Assembly: GCF_004010195.1 (NCBI RefSeq)
Contig: NC_057750.1
Span: 11,122,390 to 11,186,389, forward strand
Length of the DNA stretch: 64,000 nt
Direction: 5' to 3'
Origin: Chiloscyllium plagiosum
Taxonomy: Eukaryota
Shown here: piece after piece, positions 12,746 to 26,100 of the stretch
Position numbering within the stretch: position 1 is the first letter of the stretch
Layout of the letters: each line of letters opens with the position of its first letter
The notes under the pieces: model-generated
Seen by the model: the letters and a program-made list of their open reading frames with translations, nothing else
What the model was told of the DNA's origin: nothing
Databases searched by the model: none
Made by a program: the position numbers and the translations under genes

Positions 12746-13063
12746 CACACACCGGATCATCAACGCCACACTCGCAGGAATCCAATTCACTAGAGAGGAA
12801 GAAAAGGACAACCAACTCCTATTCCTAGACGTGATAGTACAGAGAACACCTAATGGAGAATTCACCACAAAGGTATACAGGAAAGCCACACACACAGACC
12901 AAGTCCCGAACTACGAAAGCAACCACCCCAACACATAAGTTGCATCAAGACATTATTCAAAAGGGCCACAACACACTGCAGTACACCAGAACTGCAAAAA
13001 GAGGAAGAAAAACACCAAAAACCAATACCCGTGCAATTTCATCAACAGATGCCTAAGGGAAAG
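12746..13063 (+). mobile_element. Penelope-like element RT C-terminal/thumb fragment (disrupted)
   Basis: Translates IQFTREEEKDNQLLFLDVIVQRTPNGEFTTKVYRKATHTDQVPNYESNHP, the PLE-typical I.FT.E.E...L.FLD...VYRK.T.T...Y.S.HP signature; runs into the N-gap. Confidence 0.8.
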
Positions 13064-13797
13064 NNNNNNNNNNNNNNNNNNNNNNNNNNNNNNNNNNNNN
13101 NNNNNNNNNNNNNNNNNNNNNNNNNNNNNNNNNNNNNNNNNNNNNNNNNNNNNNNNNNNNNNNNNNNNNNNNNNNNNNNNNNNNNNNNNNNNNNNNNNNN
13201 NNNNNNNNNNNNNNNNNNNNNNNNNNNNNNNNNNNNNNNNNNNNNNNNNNNNNNNNNNNNNNNNNNNNNNNNNNNNNNNNNNNNNNNNNNNNNNNNNNNN
13301 NNNNNNNNNNNNNNNNNNNNNNNNNNNNNNNNNNNNNNNNNNNNNNNNNNNNNNNNNNNNNNNNNNNNNNNNNNNNNNNNNNNNNNNNNNNNNNNNNNNN
13401 NNNNNNNNNNNNNNNNNNNNNNNNNNNNNNNNNNNNNNNNNNNNNNNNNNNNNNNNNNNNNNNNNNNNNNNNNNNNNNNNNNNNNNNNNNNNNNNNNNNN
13501 NNNNNNNNNNNNNNNNNNNNNNNNNNNNNNNNNNNNNNNNNNNNNNNNNNNNNNNNNNNNNNNNNNNNNNNNNNNNNNNNNNNNNNNNNNNNNNNNNNNN
13601 NNNNNNNNNNNNNNNNNNNNNNNNNNNNNNNNNNNNNNNNNNNNNNNNNNNNNNNNNNNNNNNNNNNNNNNNNNNNNNNNNNNNNNNNNNNNNNNNNNNN
13701 NNNNNNNNNNNNNNNNNNNNNNNNNNNNNNNNNNNNNNNNNNNNNNNNNNNNNNNNNNNNNNNNNNNNNNNNNNNNNNNNNNNNNNNNNNNNNNNNG
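13064..13797. other. Assembly gap (other gaps at 2388-2568 and 11456-11597)
   Basis: Runs of N, all inside young repeats. Confidence 0.99.
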
Positions 13798-14161
13798 GTG
13801 AGTGGGGGAGGGGATGAAGGTGATAGGTCAGGGAGGAGAGGGTGGAGTGGATAGGTGGAAAAGGAGATATGCAGGTAGGACAAGTCCGGACAAGTCATGG
13901 AGACAGTGCTGAGCTGGAAGTTTGAAACTAGGATGAGGTGGGGAAGGGGAAATGAGGAAACTGTTGAAGTCCACATTGATGCCCTGGGGTTGAAGTGTTC
14001 CGAGGCGGAAGATGAGGCGTTCTTCCTCCAGACGTCTGCTGATGAGGGAGCGGCGGTGAAGGAGGCCCAGGACCTCCATGTCCTCGGCAGAGTGGGAGGG
14101 GGAAGTTGAAATGTTGGGCCACGGGGCAGTGTGGTTGATTGGTGCGGGTGTCTCGGAGATG
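13798..14161 (-). mobile_element. Penelope-like element GIY-YIG endonuclease C-terminal fragment and 3' region
   Basis: HLRDTRTNQPHCPVAQHF.. then, after a frameshift, MEVLGLL...RRLEEERLIFRLGTLQPQGINVDF, matching the PLE H..PVA.HF...E...I..L.TL.P.G.N pattern. Confidence 0.78.
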
Positions 14162-14549
14162 TAAGGACTGACTCATGAACATAAGAGCTTGGAGGAGTAG
14201 GCCATTCAGCCCCTTGAGCCTGTTCCACCATTTGACACAAATCATGGCTGATTTCATCTTGGCCTGAACTTCATTTTGTCTTCGCTCTATAATTCTTCAA
14301 CCCATTAAAATTTTAAAAATATTTAAATTTACTCAATGTTCCAGCATTCAGGGGTAGTGAATTCTACAGATCCACAACCCTTGAGAGAAGCAATTGCTCG
14401 TGTTTTAAATTCATCAGCCCTTATCCGAAAAACGAAACTATGAACTCTCATTCTAGATTGTCTCATGTGAGACAACATCCTTTCTAGTCAGGGGTAAATA
14501 AAGGTTAGGGGGCTGGGTTACTTTTCAGCGGGTTAGTGTGGACTTGTTA

Positions 14550-14840
14550 GGGCAGCACAGTAGCTGTGATTAGCACTACTGCCTCACAGCACCAGGGTCC
14601 CGGTTCAATTCCAGCTTTGGGTGACTGAAGAGTTTGCACATTCCCTGTGGGTTTCCTCAGGGTGCTCTAGTTTCCTCCCACAGTCCAAAGATGTGGTGGT
14701 CAGCTGAATTGGCCATGCTAAATTACCCATAGTGTTGGGTGCATCATTCAGGGGGAAATGGGTCTGGATGGGCTACTCTTCAGGAGGGTCAGTGTAGACT
14801 GAAAGGGCCTGTTTCCATACTATAGGGAATCTAATCTAAT
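14550..14840 (+). mobile_element. HE1-like V-SINE
   Basis: Same head, body and (CTAAT)n tail. Confidence 0.85.
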
Positions 14841-14939
14841 TTGTCAATCTCCTTTAGCTCTTAATCTCAATTAGACCTCCTTTCATTCTTCCGAACTTCA
14901 GAGTAAACTAGCGTGTAAAGTCTAAACTGCCCAATCCTT

Positions 14940-15505
14940 CAGAGTCATCCAGCACAGAAATAGACCCTTTGGTCTAACCAGATGTCATTAATTAATCTAG
15001 TCCCATTTGCCAGCATTTGGTCTATATCCCTCCGAGCCCTTCCTCTACATAACTATCTAGATGCCTTTTAAAAGGTTGCAATTGCACCAGCCTCCACCAC
15101 TTCCTCTGACAGCTCATTCCATATATGGAACAGTCTGCTGAAACAGTTGCCCCTCGTTTGGTCCCTTTTAAATCTTTCCCCTCTTACCTTAAACCTATGC
15201 ACTCTCATTTTAGACTCCCCTACCCTGAGAAAAAGGACTAACTATTCACCCTATCCATGTCCCTCATGATTTTATAAACCTCTAAAAAGGTCACTCCTCA
15301 GTTTCCAATGCTCCAGGGAAAATAGCCCTAACATATTCAACCTCTCCACATAGCTCAGATCCTCCAAACCCAGCAACATCCTTATAAATCTTTTCTGCAC
15401 CCTTTCAGGTTTGACAACATCTTTCCCATAGCAGAGAGACCAGAACTGAACACAGTATTCAAAAAGTGGACTAACCAATGTCCTGTACAGCTGCAAAATG
15501 ACCCC
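14940..15505 (-). mobile_element. CR1-like LINE 3' end
   Basis: EYCVQFWS, LGLFSLE motifs and conserved 3' UTR. Confidence 0.85.
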
Positions 15506-15971
15506 AGTGGATAAGGTCCACATCTCTGGAATAGATCTAGTGAACCTCCTACAAACTGCCTCCAATACAACTACATCCCTCCTCAACCCAGGAGGCCAAA
15601 ACCTTCACAAAGAACTGTTCAAACCACCTACTATCAGTCTTCCATCATGGCAGTCCACAGAGCAAACAGGAAGTCACTAGTTCAGTGGAGCAAACTTTCA
15701 TTTGCCAATGGTAGGCTTTGAATTGCTGCAGTCAGAGTAGTTCTTGCTAAACAGAATCAGGACAAGCCTACAGCCTCTCCACAGCCAATATCCACTTCCC
15801 AGACCCTCAGACAAACCCATTTGCACTTGTGGGGAAGACAGTGTTACCAACATGAGTTCCTTTACAAAGAGCGATGGACTAATCACCTTGAACTCAGCAA
15901 CTGAGATGGCTATTGCTTGACTAAGGATTTGCAAAACTAAAAAAGAATAAATTACACCAAGTTTCAAACAC

Positions 15972-16140
15972 TTTAATTTGATTGCATTTTAAAAATCACA
16001 TTAGAATTACAACAAGATTATAAAAAAAATTGGATCTTCAACAATTTAAAAACATTCCTTAAAGTTACATCTTAGGATTGACCACATCTTTCAGCTTACT
16101 CAGAATATGTGCTTCGCAATTATATAGGAGTTAGTTTATT
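15972..16140 (-). terminator. Candidate polyadenylation signals of prss16 (AATAAA 16135-16140; ATTAAA 15972-15977)
   Basis: Hexamers on the minus strand about 1.0 and 1.2 kb past the stop; the ATTAAA is followed by a GU/U-rich tract. Confidence 0.5.
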
Positions 16141-17142
16141 GGGGTCAATGGAGTATTTCTGAGAAAGGGCCTGTACCTGAATCAGTCAGCTGACAATAGT
16201 TTTTGAATGTAAGTGGCCTGTGTCCTCAGCTCACATTAAAGCCAACCAGCAGGCACATCCTGTCACCTCACGTCAACAGGCAAATGAAAGCAAGTGAGGA
16301 TATCAGCAGCTTTGTCTACTGCCAATAGGGGGCACTTCCCCTCTAAACAACTGAAATCCAAACTGATGGAAGATGCACAAGGTCCAGGCATAAGGCCAGT
16401 TGTTCTGAAGGACAACAGCAGCAGGATGTTACATGCAGCAACAGCCCTAAAAGGGCTTGTGCACAGTCAGCAAGGAAAAAGGTTGGAACCTTACAGAGAA
16501 TTAGCAATGAAAATGATGCTTTCAGTACAAGCGACATTGACTCCAACCTTCAGGAGGAAGACACTTAAGGACTTAACCCCAAGAACATGCCCTTTCCCAA
16601 TACATTAGAGGTCCCCCTATCCAAAGGGAAACAGCAGCTGGACAGATCAAGGTTTACCTCAGGGATCAGTAGTTCATTTACCAGTGTGGCACAGGCTGGC
16701 TATACACTGCCAAGACAGAATTAAGCTGGTCTCTATCTCAACAAGGGCCACGGTACTCCAAGTGGTAATGCTAAGGAACACCTCCACTCCAACCTTCAAC
16801 CCACGGGCCTGCAACAGCCTGTGTTGGAGGTTGGGGAGGGACACACCTCAGGGAACAAACATTAAAATGTGGAAATTGTAAATCCAAGACTTACTTCAGA
16901 ACTTACCCAATTCTCCCCAAACCATCCTTGAGGCATAGAAAAGAAGGTGGAAAGATTGTATCTACCTCCCTCTGTATCTCTCAATGAAAAGAGACAGACA
17001 CAGACACATTCCTTAAAAATAGATTCTCAATGATTAGGCCAGGTTAACATACAAAAGCTTTCCTTGAATTGGAATTACATTGCACACCCAGTCACTGTGT
17101 GCAAGGCATGCAGTCTTCCTGAGCTTGGAATTCTGGGTACGG

Positions 17143-17199
17143 TTACCATGAAGACAGATGTTCCTCAGCCAACCATGCTCCAATCTGATAATCAATTTT
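17143..17199 (-). CDS. prss16: prss16 exon 12 coding part (KIDYQIGAWLAEEHLSSW*)
   Basis: strong tttctttccag acceptor, I..WL C-terminal helix typical of S28, TAA at 17143-17145. Confidence 0.9.
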   Translation of the reverse strand, partial: KIDYQIGAWLAEEHLSSW

Positions 17200-20100
17200 C
17201 TGGAAAGAAACAGAATTAAACTTAGTGTCTAACTTCTAAATTGTAAGTGATCAACAGAAGCATTAAAACCCACAGGAGATCCTTTCTCAAATAGTTTCCT
17301 TTTCTCAAAAAAGGAAAATATTTTTGGGCAGAACAGAAAAGTTTTATTTCATCCATCAAACACTCCCAGGACATGTACATCACAGGGAGCGATAGAGTAA
17401 AGCTCCCTCAACTCTTAACTGAGGCAGTATCCCTCTATTCTTAAAACTGAAAGTAGAAGAGAAAGGTCTCTGATGTTCCCAAACACCCAGCAGAGTCAGA
17501 TATGGAGTAAAGTCCACTTGACACCATCCCCTATTAAACACTCCCAAGACAGGGGCAGCACAGGGTTAGAGACAGTATAAAGCTAACTCTGCATGTTCTC
17601 ATCAAAATGTTCTCAGGCAGGACATGGGGTTAGACAAAAATAAAATTTCCTCTATACTTTTGGCATCAAACCCTCCAGGAATGGGCCAGTATGAGGTTAG
17701 ACAGAGTAATGGTGAGGTAACTCCCTCAAGAGTCTCTAGATGCCTAAAAAAGGCAGCCTGCCCGGTGTGTCAATTCCCCTAGACTGGCCCACTCTAAAGT
17801 GTCTGTTGCAGGGAGACCTGTTGCTGTGGCCTCCACTCAAGTGTATCTAACCTCATTAGCAGGAATCACGTCCCTTAACAGGCCGTTATGGACTAGGTTC
17901 AATTATTTGCACTGAGGAGTCTACCAAAGCACCTGCTCATGGACTACCTTCAGGGTTAAGGTCTCATGGAGATTTTACAGCCATTGTAGATAATGCTGAG
18001 AATCTCCAGTGACAGGTTTAATCTACCAGAGGACGCATTACAGCATGTACAAAGCTGCTTCTTTCTGAACCAAGATCGCCAGCCTCAGTTCTGAGGCAGC
18101 AGAATGTGTTAGGTCTCACCTGTCTGGCTTGGCGGAGAGATGGTGGGTCGTCCTGCTCCACAGGGTTCATGTTTGCACAGTGTGCAGTGCCGTTAATGAC
18201 TAAGGCCACTTCAGAACATGACTGGTTCTTCAGCACACTGAGCACATGCCACGGATCAATGTCACCTTCAGAGACAGATCAGAAACATCAACAGAACAAA
18301 TTCCAGGAGTGCAGGCAGATACAGTCAGTCAATACTCTGTTCCATACCAGCAAACCCAGCACTCTGAACATTAAAGAAATCCTGCAGAAAAATAGTGCCA
18401 AAAGTAAAGACCGGGGAAAGGACAAAGCACAAGTGTGAACACCCATGAGGCACACTGCCCTCCCTACCCCAGTCAGTGAATGCATTGCCCATCAGTGGCA
18501 CTGAACCACAGTGGCATGATGTGGTAGTCTGTGGATTGCTAGTCCATTGACAAAGTAAAGATCTGACGATAGATTCAAATCCCACTGTGCGTGGAAATCA
18601 TGTCTCTCAAACTTGATTGAGTTTTTTGAAGTAACAAAGAGGATTGATGGAGGGCAGAGAAGTAGATGTGATCTATATGGACTTCTGTAAGGCATTCAAT
18701 AAGGTTCCCCATGGGAGTCTGGTTAGCAAGGTTAGATCTTCTTGAATACAGGGAGAACTCGCCATTTGGATACAGAACTGGCTCAAAGGTAGAAGACAGA
18801 GGGTGATGGTGGAGGGTTCCCTTTCAGACTGGAGGCCTGTGACCAGTGGAGTGCCACAAAGATCAATGCTGGGTACACTACTCTGTCGTTTTATATAAAT
18901 AATTTGGATGTGAGCAGAAGATGTATAGTTAGTAAGTTTGCAGATGACACCAAAATTGGTGGTGTAGTGGACAGTGAAGGAGGTTACCTCAGATTACAAC
19001 AGTATCTTGATCAGACAGGCCGATGAGCTGAGAAGTGGCAGATGGAGTTTAATTTAGGTAAATGTGAGGTACTGCATTTTGGGAAAGCAAATCTTAGTAG
19101 GACTTATACACTTAATGGTAAGGTCCTAGGGAGTGTTGCTGAACAAAGAGACCTTGGAGTGCAGGTTCATAGTTCCTTGAAAGTGGAGTTGCAGGTGGAT
19201 AGGACAGTGAAGAAGGCGTTTGGTATGCGTTCCTTTATTGGTCAAAGTACAGGAGTTGGGAGGTCATGTTGCGGCTATACAGGACATTGGTTAGGCCACT
19301 GTTGGAATATTGGTGGGCAACCTTCCTATCGGAAGGATTTTGTGAACCTTACAAAGGGTTCAGAAAAGATTTACAAGGATGTTGCCAGGGTTGGAGGATT
19401 TGAGCTACAGGGAGAGGCTGAACAGGCTGGAGCTGTTTTCCCTGGAGCAGAGATTGAGGGGTGACCTTCTAGAGGTTTACAAAATTATGGAGAAGAATGG
19501 ATAGGATAAATAGGCAAAGTCTTTTCCCTGGGGTGGGGTAATCCAGAACTAGAGGACATAGGATTAGGGTGAGAGAAGGGAAAGATATAAAAGGGACCTA
19601 AGGGGCAACTTTTTCCACACAGCAAGTGGTACGGATATGAAATGAGCTGCCAGAGGAAGTGGTGGAGGCTGGTACAATTGCAACATTTGAGGGGCATCTG
19701 AATGGGTATATGAATAGGAAGGTTTGGAGAGATATCGGCCAGGTGCTGGCAGGTTGGACTAGATTGGGTTGGGATATCTGGTCAGCATGGACAGGTTGGA
19801 CCGAAGGGTTTGTTTCTGTGCTGTACATCTCTATGATTATGACTCCACAGCTGCTGGTAACATTTAATTTCCATAAATGTGGAAGTGAAACCTAGCCTCA
19901 GTAATGCTGACCATGAAAGCAGTGTATGTCATACAAACCAATGATAACCCTTTGACTCCACCTACACTTTTCACTGCCTCAGAGGGGCAGCCAAAGCTCC
20001 TTCCCACCCCAGTTATCATCTCTTCCAACCCCTTCCATCAGGCAGAAAACACCAAAGCTTAGACACATGGACCAACAGATTCAAAAACTGCTTGCTCCCT

Positions 20101-23100
20101 GCTGTTATTAGCCTTCTGAATGGACCTCAAATTTCATGTTGATCTTCCTTATTGCGCATCTTCTTTGCAGCTGTAACACTGTTCCTCATTTGGTTCCATC
20201 ATTATGTTCTTTGTATGGTATGATCTGGAGCAGCACTGTTGCCTCACAGCACCACGGTCCCAGGTTAGATTCCAGCCTCGGGCAACTGTCTGTGTGGAGT
20301 TTGCACATTCGCCCCATGTCTGCATGGGTTTCTTCTGGGTGCTCCAGTTTCCTCCCACTGTCCAAAGATGTGCAGGTCAGGTGAATTGACCATGCTAAAT
20401 CACCCAGTGTTAGGAGCATTAGTCAGAGGGAAATGGGTCTGGGTGGGTTACTCTTCAGAGGGTCGGTGTGGACTGGTTGGGCCAAAGGGCCTGTTTCCAC
20501 ACTGTAGGGAATCTAATCTAATCTGCTTGTATTGCATGCAAAACAAACTTTTCACTGTACCAGATAGGCGACAATAAGTCAAATAGAGAGGGAAATCTGC
20601 CCACCTTACCTGGCCTGGTTTACACATGACACCACAGCAGTGTGGTTGGCTCAACTGTTTGGAAATGACCCAACAAGCCACATAGTTCAAGGGTATTTAG
20701 GGACAGACAAATGCCAGCCTCATCAGCAACACCCACACCCAAGAAAAGGGACAGGTACAATGTTTAAAAGACATTTGGATAATTACATGAATAGGAAAGG
20801 TTTGGAGGGATTTGGGCCAAATGCAGGAAAGTGGGACTAATTTAGTTTGGGAACATTGGTCAGCATGGATTGGTTGGACTGAAGGTTATGTTTCCGTGTT
20901 GTATGACTATGAGAACAGGTCCAGAGTATGTGCATGTACTGGAGACCTCATGGAGGAAGTCATCCAGGACAAAGATGTTGGAAAACAACTCAACCTGTAG
21001 AGTCTGCACCCAGTCATACAAGAGAGAAGTATCCTCTGCATCTTCCTCCTTGGAATAGTACCATGGAACCATTTACATCCAAACCACAAGAGCAGACAGG
21101 ACCTTGATTTCATGGCATCTCCAACAGTGTGGCACTCCCGTAGTGTCACGTTAGAGTCTCAGCCTAGATTTTGTGCTCATCTCCAGAATGGAGACAGCAG
21201 AACCTTTTTATTCCCACAAGAGCGTTCCTCATGGAGTCACACCTGATACATTGAGAACTCCACTCAGGTACGCATTAAAAAGCCCAGGTATGCACGGGCA
21301 GGATCAGAGTCAGAAAATGGGAATGAGACAGTTCAGGACAACGACAAGAGCAGATTGATACAAAGCAGGCACAAAGTGTCAAAATGTTGAAAGAATGGGA
21401 CAGGTTCAAGGGAGCAAACTGCTTTTCAGCAACTATGGGGCTGCAAATCGGAGATAAAAACACTTGCACACAGAAACAGTTGTTATTAGAAAATAATTGC
21501 AGCGAGAAAACTTTCCATTTCTACTAAATCTCAGAAAATACAGCCTACAATCAGTTTCACTGAACAAAGTCCCGTCTGTAAATCCAATTCATTCTTGGCA
21601 ATGGGGGTTCATTGGTATAGACAATAAATGCTGCTATCCTCAACTACCCTGGAGGTGGTGGTGGTGGTGAGCTGCCTTCTTGAATCTCTGCAGCTCATGA
21701 AATTGGGTAGCTACACCTGAAATGCTGTTAGGGAGGTAGGTCCAGGATTTTCTCACAGCAGTAGTGAAGTTGGGATGGAGGGGAATTCGCAGGGGCTGGC
21801 GTTCACCTGCTTTGTCCTTCTAGGTAGTATGGGTTTGGAAAAAGCTGTCCAAGAAGACTTGACCAGTTGCTGTAATACACCGAAATAGGCAATGCATACT
21901 GCAGACACCATGCATCAGTGGCAGTGAGCATTTGTGGATGGTGTCCACGGTCCTTGATAGTGTCAAGAGGGTTGATAAAGCTGCACTCATCCAGGCAAGT
22001 GGGGAGGATTCTACCACATTCTTGAATTGTACCTTGTAGATGGGTCAACAGACTCTGGGGGAAGACAGCTGCAAGAATTCCAGTGGCTGAACTCAATTTG
22101 CATAACTTTGTTGCCATTACTTTTTTTGTGCTGTACATCTCTATGACTCTACCTTCACACACATCTATACCAAGCAACACAATCAATGATGGTTGTAACA
22201 AGTTCCACATTCCAACTGACCTCAGTCAAAGATGTTTCTCCCATTTTAGTATTGAAATCGTGACTACTAAATATATTCCTTTTCACAATTATATAGTACC
22301 TTTAATGTAGGCAAAATCCAGACATTTCACAGGATTGGAATCAAAGAATAGTGAGCCACCTAAGGTGTGGGAACATCTCAGAGGAAGGGAGGGGCAAAGA
22401 GACTTAGGGCAGGAATTCTACAGCCTCCGGACTTAGTTTAATATTGAATATAGTTAATCAGCCATCAGATGTAGGAATATGAGAACAGGTCAGGGACATG
22501 TAAATAGAACCACTTGCCCCTGTGAAGGGCAGAAGTCAACACAAGCTTTTGGGCCAAATGGTCTCTTCCTGCATTGAATTTCTACATGCAGTATTTTTCC
22601 CCACCCATCTCCAGCCTTGCTAACTTCCCCTTCCTACATTCTGCCATCAATATATCAGGCTTCATTCAAATTCCTGGAAATTCAGAGCACAGCAGCTTCA
22701 GAGGCACATGCTCAAATATGATTTGGAGAAGCTGGTGTTGGACTGGGGTGGACAAAGTTAAAAATCACAACACCAGGTTTATAGTCCAACAGGGTTATTT
22801 GGAATCATAGCTTTCAGAGCGCTGCTCCTCAGATAGCTATGGAACAAGACCATAAGAATTTATAGCAAAAGATCCAGTGTCATGCAACTGAAACAATATA
22901 TTGAACAAACCGATTGCTGTTAAGTCTTTCATCTAAAAGATAGCACTTCCTGTTGGACTATAACCTGGTGTTGTGATTTTTAACCATGCTCAAATATAAT
23001 GAGGCATCATTTTTTCAATATTGCAGTATTCATTTTAACCACAAGGTGTCAGCAAGATACCAGGATCAGAGTCCAGCACAACAATATTCCATTATTTTCA

Positions 23101-26100
23101 TTCTCGGAATGTGAGAATCCGTGGCAAGGAATTATTCTCACCTGCAGGCATTCCAAAATTGGTGAGCAATCCTAAACCACAACAATCAGTGGAAAAAGGC
23201 AAGGGCTCAGGTACCAGGATTTTGACACACTGACAATGGAGAAATGCCTGATGTGTCGAAGTTAGGATGGTAAGTGAGATTTTGAGGTGACATTGTCCCC
23301 AGGTTTAAGTTAACAGGGTCAAGTTAGAAAGATCACTCCTTTGTTCAGAGAGACTGGAACCTTGGGAAAGTGATGGCCGAGTGGTGTTATTACTGAACTG
23401 TTAATCCAAAAAACCCAGATAACGTCTAGGGACTCTGGTTCAAATCCTACCACAGCAGATTGTGAAATTTGAATTCAATTTTTTTTTTTTTAAAATCTGT
23501 AATTACGAGGTCTAAATGACAACCATGAATCCATTGTCAAATTGTCAGAAAAATCCATCTGATTCACAAAAGTCCTAAGGGAAGGAAACTGCCAACCTTA
23601 CCTGGTCTGGCCTACATGTGACTTCAGTCCCACAGCAATGTTGAGGCTTACATGCCCTTAGGGCAATAAATGCTGGCATAGCCAATGGTGCCCACATCCA
23701 GTGATCAAATGAAGAGGGGAGACTTAAAAAAAAAAGTCTCCTATTTAACAGACTGAGTGGGTGAAAACTCAAATTTCCCCAGAGTGGAGAAGGCAGGGTC
23801 ATTTTTTTTTGGTAGAGGTAGCTAAGTTCTTAACTAGCAAGGGGGTCAAAAGGTTATTGGAGGCAGGCAGAATGGAAAAAGGTCATATCGTACTCAAAAT
23901 GAGGGCCTATAGGTACATACTGGCCAGACCAGGTAAGGATCAAAAAACAAATTGCTGTAAAAACTCCGCAGGTCTGCGAGCATCTGTGGAGTGAAAGCAG
24001 AGTTAATGTTTCAGGTCCAGTGACCCTTCTTCAGAACTGATAGGAGCCAAGAAAAAAAAAAAGTTAGTATTTATGCAGAAGAGAGATGGTTGGGAGAAGG
24101 AGTGTAGATAAGTGGAGACAGAGCCCAAAAGAGAAAAAAACAGCTGGACAGACGAAGCAGTGGGTAATGGTCATCCTGGGAGAATGAACAGTTGCTAATG
24201 GAGGACTACTGGTAACAAGGCCTGGCGTGTGGGGTTTGGGGTAAGGACATGGAAGGTGCTCAAGCTCTAGATTTGATGAACCCAATATGGAGTCCAGAAG
24301 CCACACAGTACAGGCAATGAGCAATCCAGGTAGGAACAATGGATTTAATTCATATCAGGATGTCAGATGGAGTTTGATGGGTGCCATGACCAGCTGTATA
24401 TGAATTGTATTGAAGGGGAGGCAGGGATGGAGTGGTAGTCAGTGTACCAGTAATCCAGAAACCCAAATATGTTGGGAACACAGATGTTAGGATCTAAAAT
24501 TTTATAAAAATCCGGAATTAAAACAATGGCCTAATAGTGATGATGGGTCCATTGTCCTAAAATCCTTGTGTTCACTAATGGGTCAGGCCTACATGTGACT
24601 CCAGTGGAGTTGACTTTTAAAATGTCCTTTGGGCAGTTAGGAACAGGCAATAAACGCTGACCATGCCAGGTACACCCACTACCTCTGGATGAATTTTTAA
24701 AAATCCTTAAAACCCAGATCTCTCTCAACCAGGGCACAAGCCCTACCTGTATGAATGCCATCTGATTAACCCCTGACCCCTCTTCAATTGGGGTCACAAT
24801 CCTTGCCCATATCATCACCATCCTTTCCACCTTGTCCTGTGGCTCCTTACCATTGACAAAGATGATGCGGCTGGATGCTGGATGATCAGCTCCGTAATAA
24901 GAGTTGGTGAAATCGACAGCATCCTGAACGCTGCCCGGATCAATACCAAATACCTCGGCGCAAATATCCAATTCAAACCGCAATGTCAGCCAGTGGGAGA
25001 GTGGGCAGCCCTTGTCCTCGCACGTCTGATCTGGAGCGACAAAGAGAGGGACCTTGAGCCAACCAGAGTAGTCTGGCGATTTTTTTGGGAATGGGTATGG
25101 TGGTAAATCTCACTACTTAATGACCACTCCCATGCCTCCCCCTCCAAAAAGCATTAATCATGGCCCATGGGTAGCACATCCTGCTCAGATTAGAAAAGAG
25201 GTTCTACATTCGAGTCTGCCTCACAGTGCCAGGGACCCAGGTTCGACTCCACCCTCAGGTGTGTGCCCGCATGGAGTTTGCACACATTCTCCCAGCATCT
25301 GTGTGGGTATCCTCCAGGTGCTCTGGTTTCCTCCCACAGTCCAAACATGTACAGGTCAAGGTGGATTGGCCATGCTAAACGGTCCATAGTGTCCAAGGAG
25401 GTGTAGGCTGGATGGGTTAGTCACTAGGAAATGGAAGGTTGCAGGGATGGTGGGGGTTTGGGTGGGATGCTCTTTGGTGTGGTCCCAATTGGCCATACGG
25501 CCTGCTTCCATACTGTAGGGAATCTATGATTCCATGTTCACTTTTATGTGCAATACTAAAAGAGTGCTGCACCATCAGAGGTGGCACCTTTCAGATGGGT
25601 TTTGAACAAAGGCTTACCATTTCAGGTGGACGTAAATAATTAAATTACTTAAGAGGGACAGGTTTTCTTGTATCTCACCCATACAAAGTCACTTTTAAAG
25701 ACAAATCAATTGGTCATTATCCCATTGCTGTTTGCAGGATATTGCTGTTCATAAACTGGCTGCTGGGATTCTGCATTACCATAGCAGCAGGACTGTACCT
25801 CATTGGCTGCAAAGCACATTCAAATAATGGAAGACCAGTCAATCCCCAGTGGGTGGGGGCTCAGCCTCTGGGTTAGAGTGTTGAATTGGGGGCTGCTTAG
25901 ATCGTGCTTTCATTTGGACTCCTGACTCACCCTTCTGCAGAATTTAAGGATGTTCCCTGAAGGTACTTTAGAGGAAGTCTTCTAATGCAGTTCCTGCTGC
26001 AGGATTGTTTTTTGGGAAGCTAAAGGTCACGGAGTGGAAACCAACTACGAGACCTTTCAACTTTTCCCTACAGGGGAAAGTTGGGACGGATTCGAAAATC

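Noticed and set aside
13031..14240. Long ORFs of 256 and 395 aa (also those spanning 2388-2568 and 11456-11597)
   Set aside because: Artefacts of reading through N-gaps
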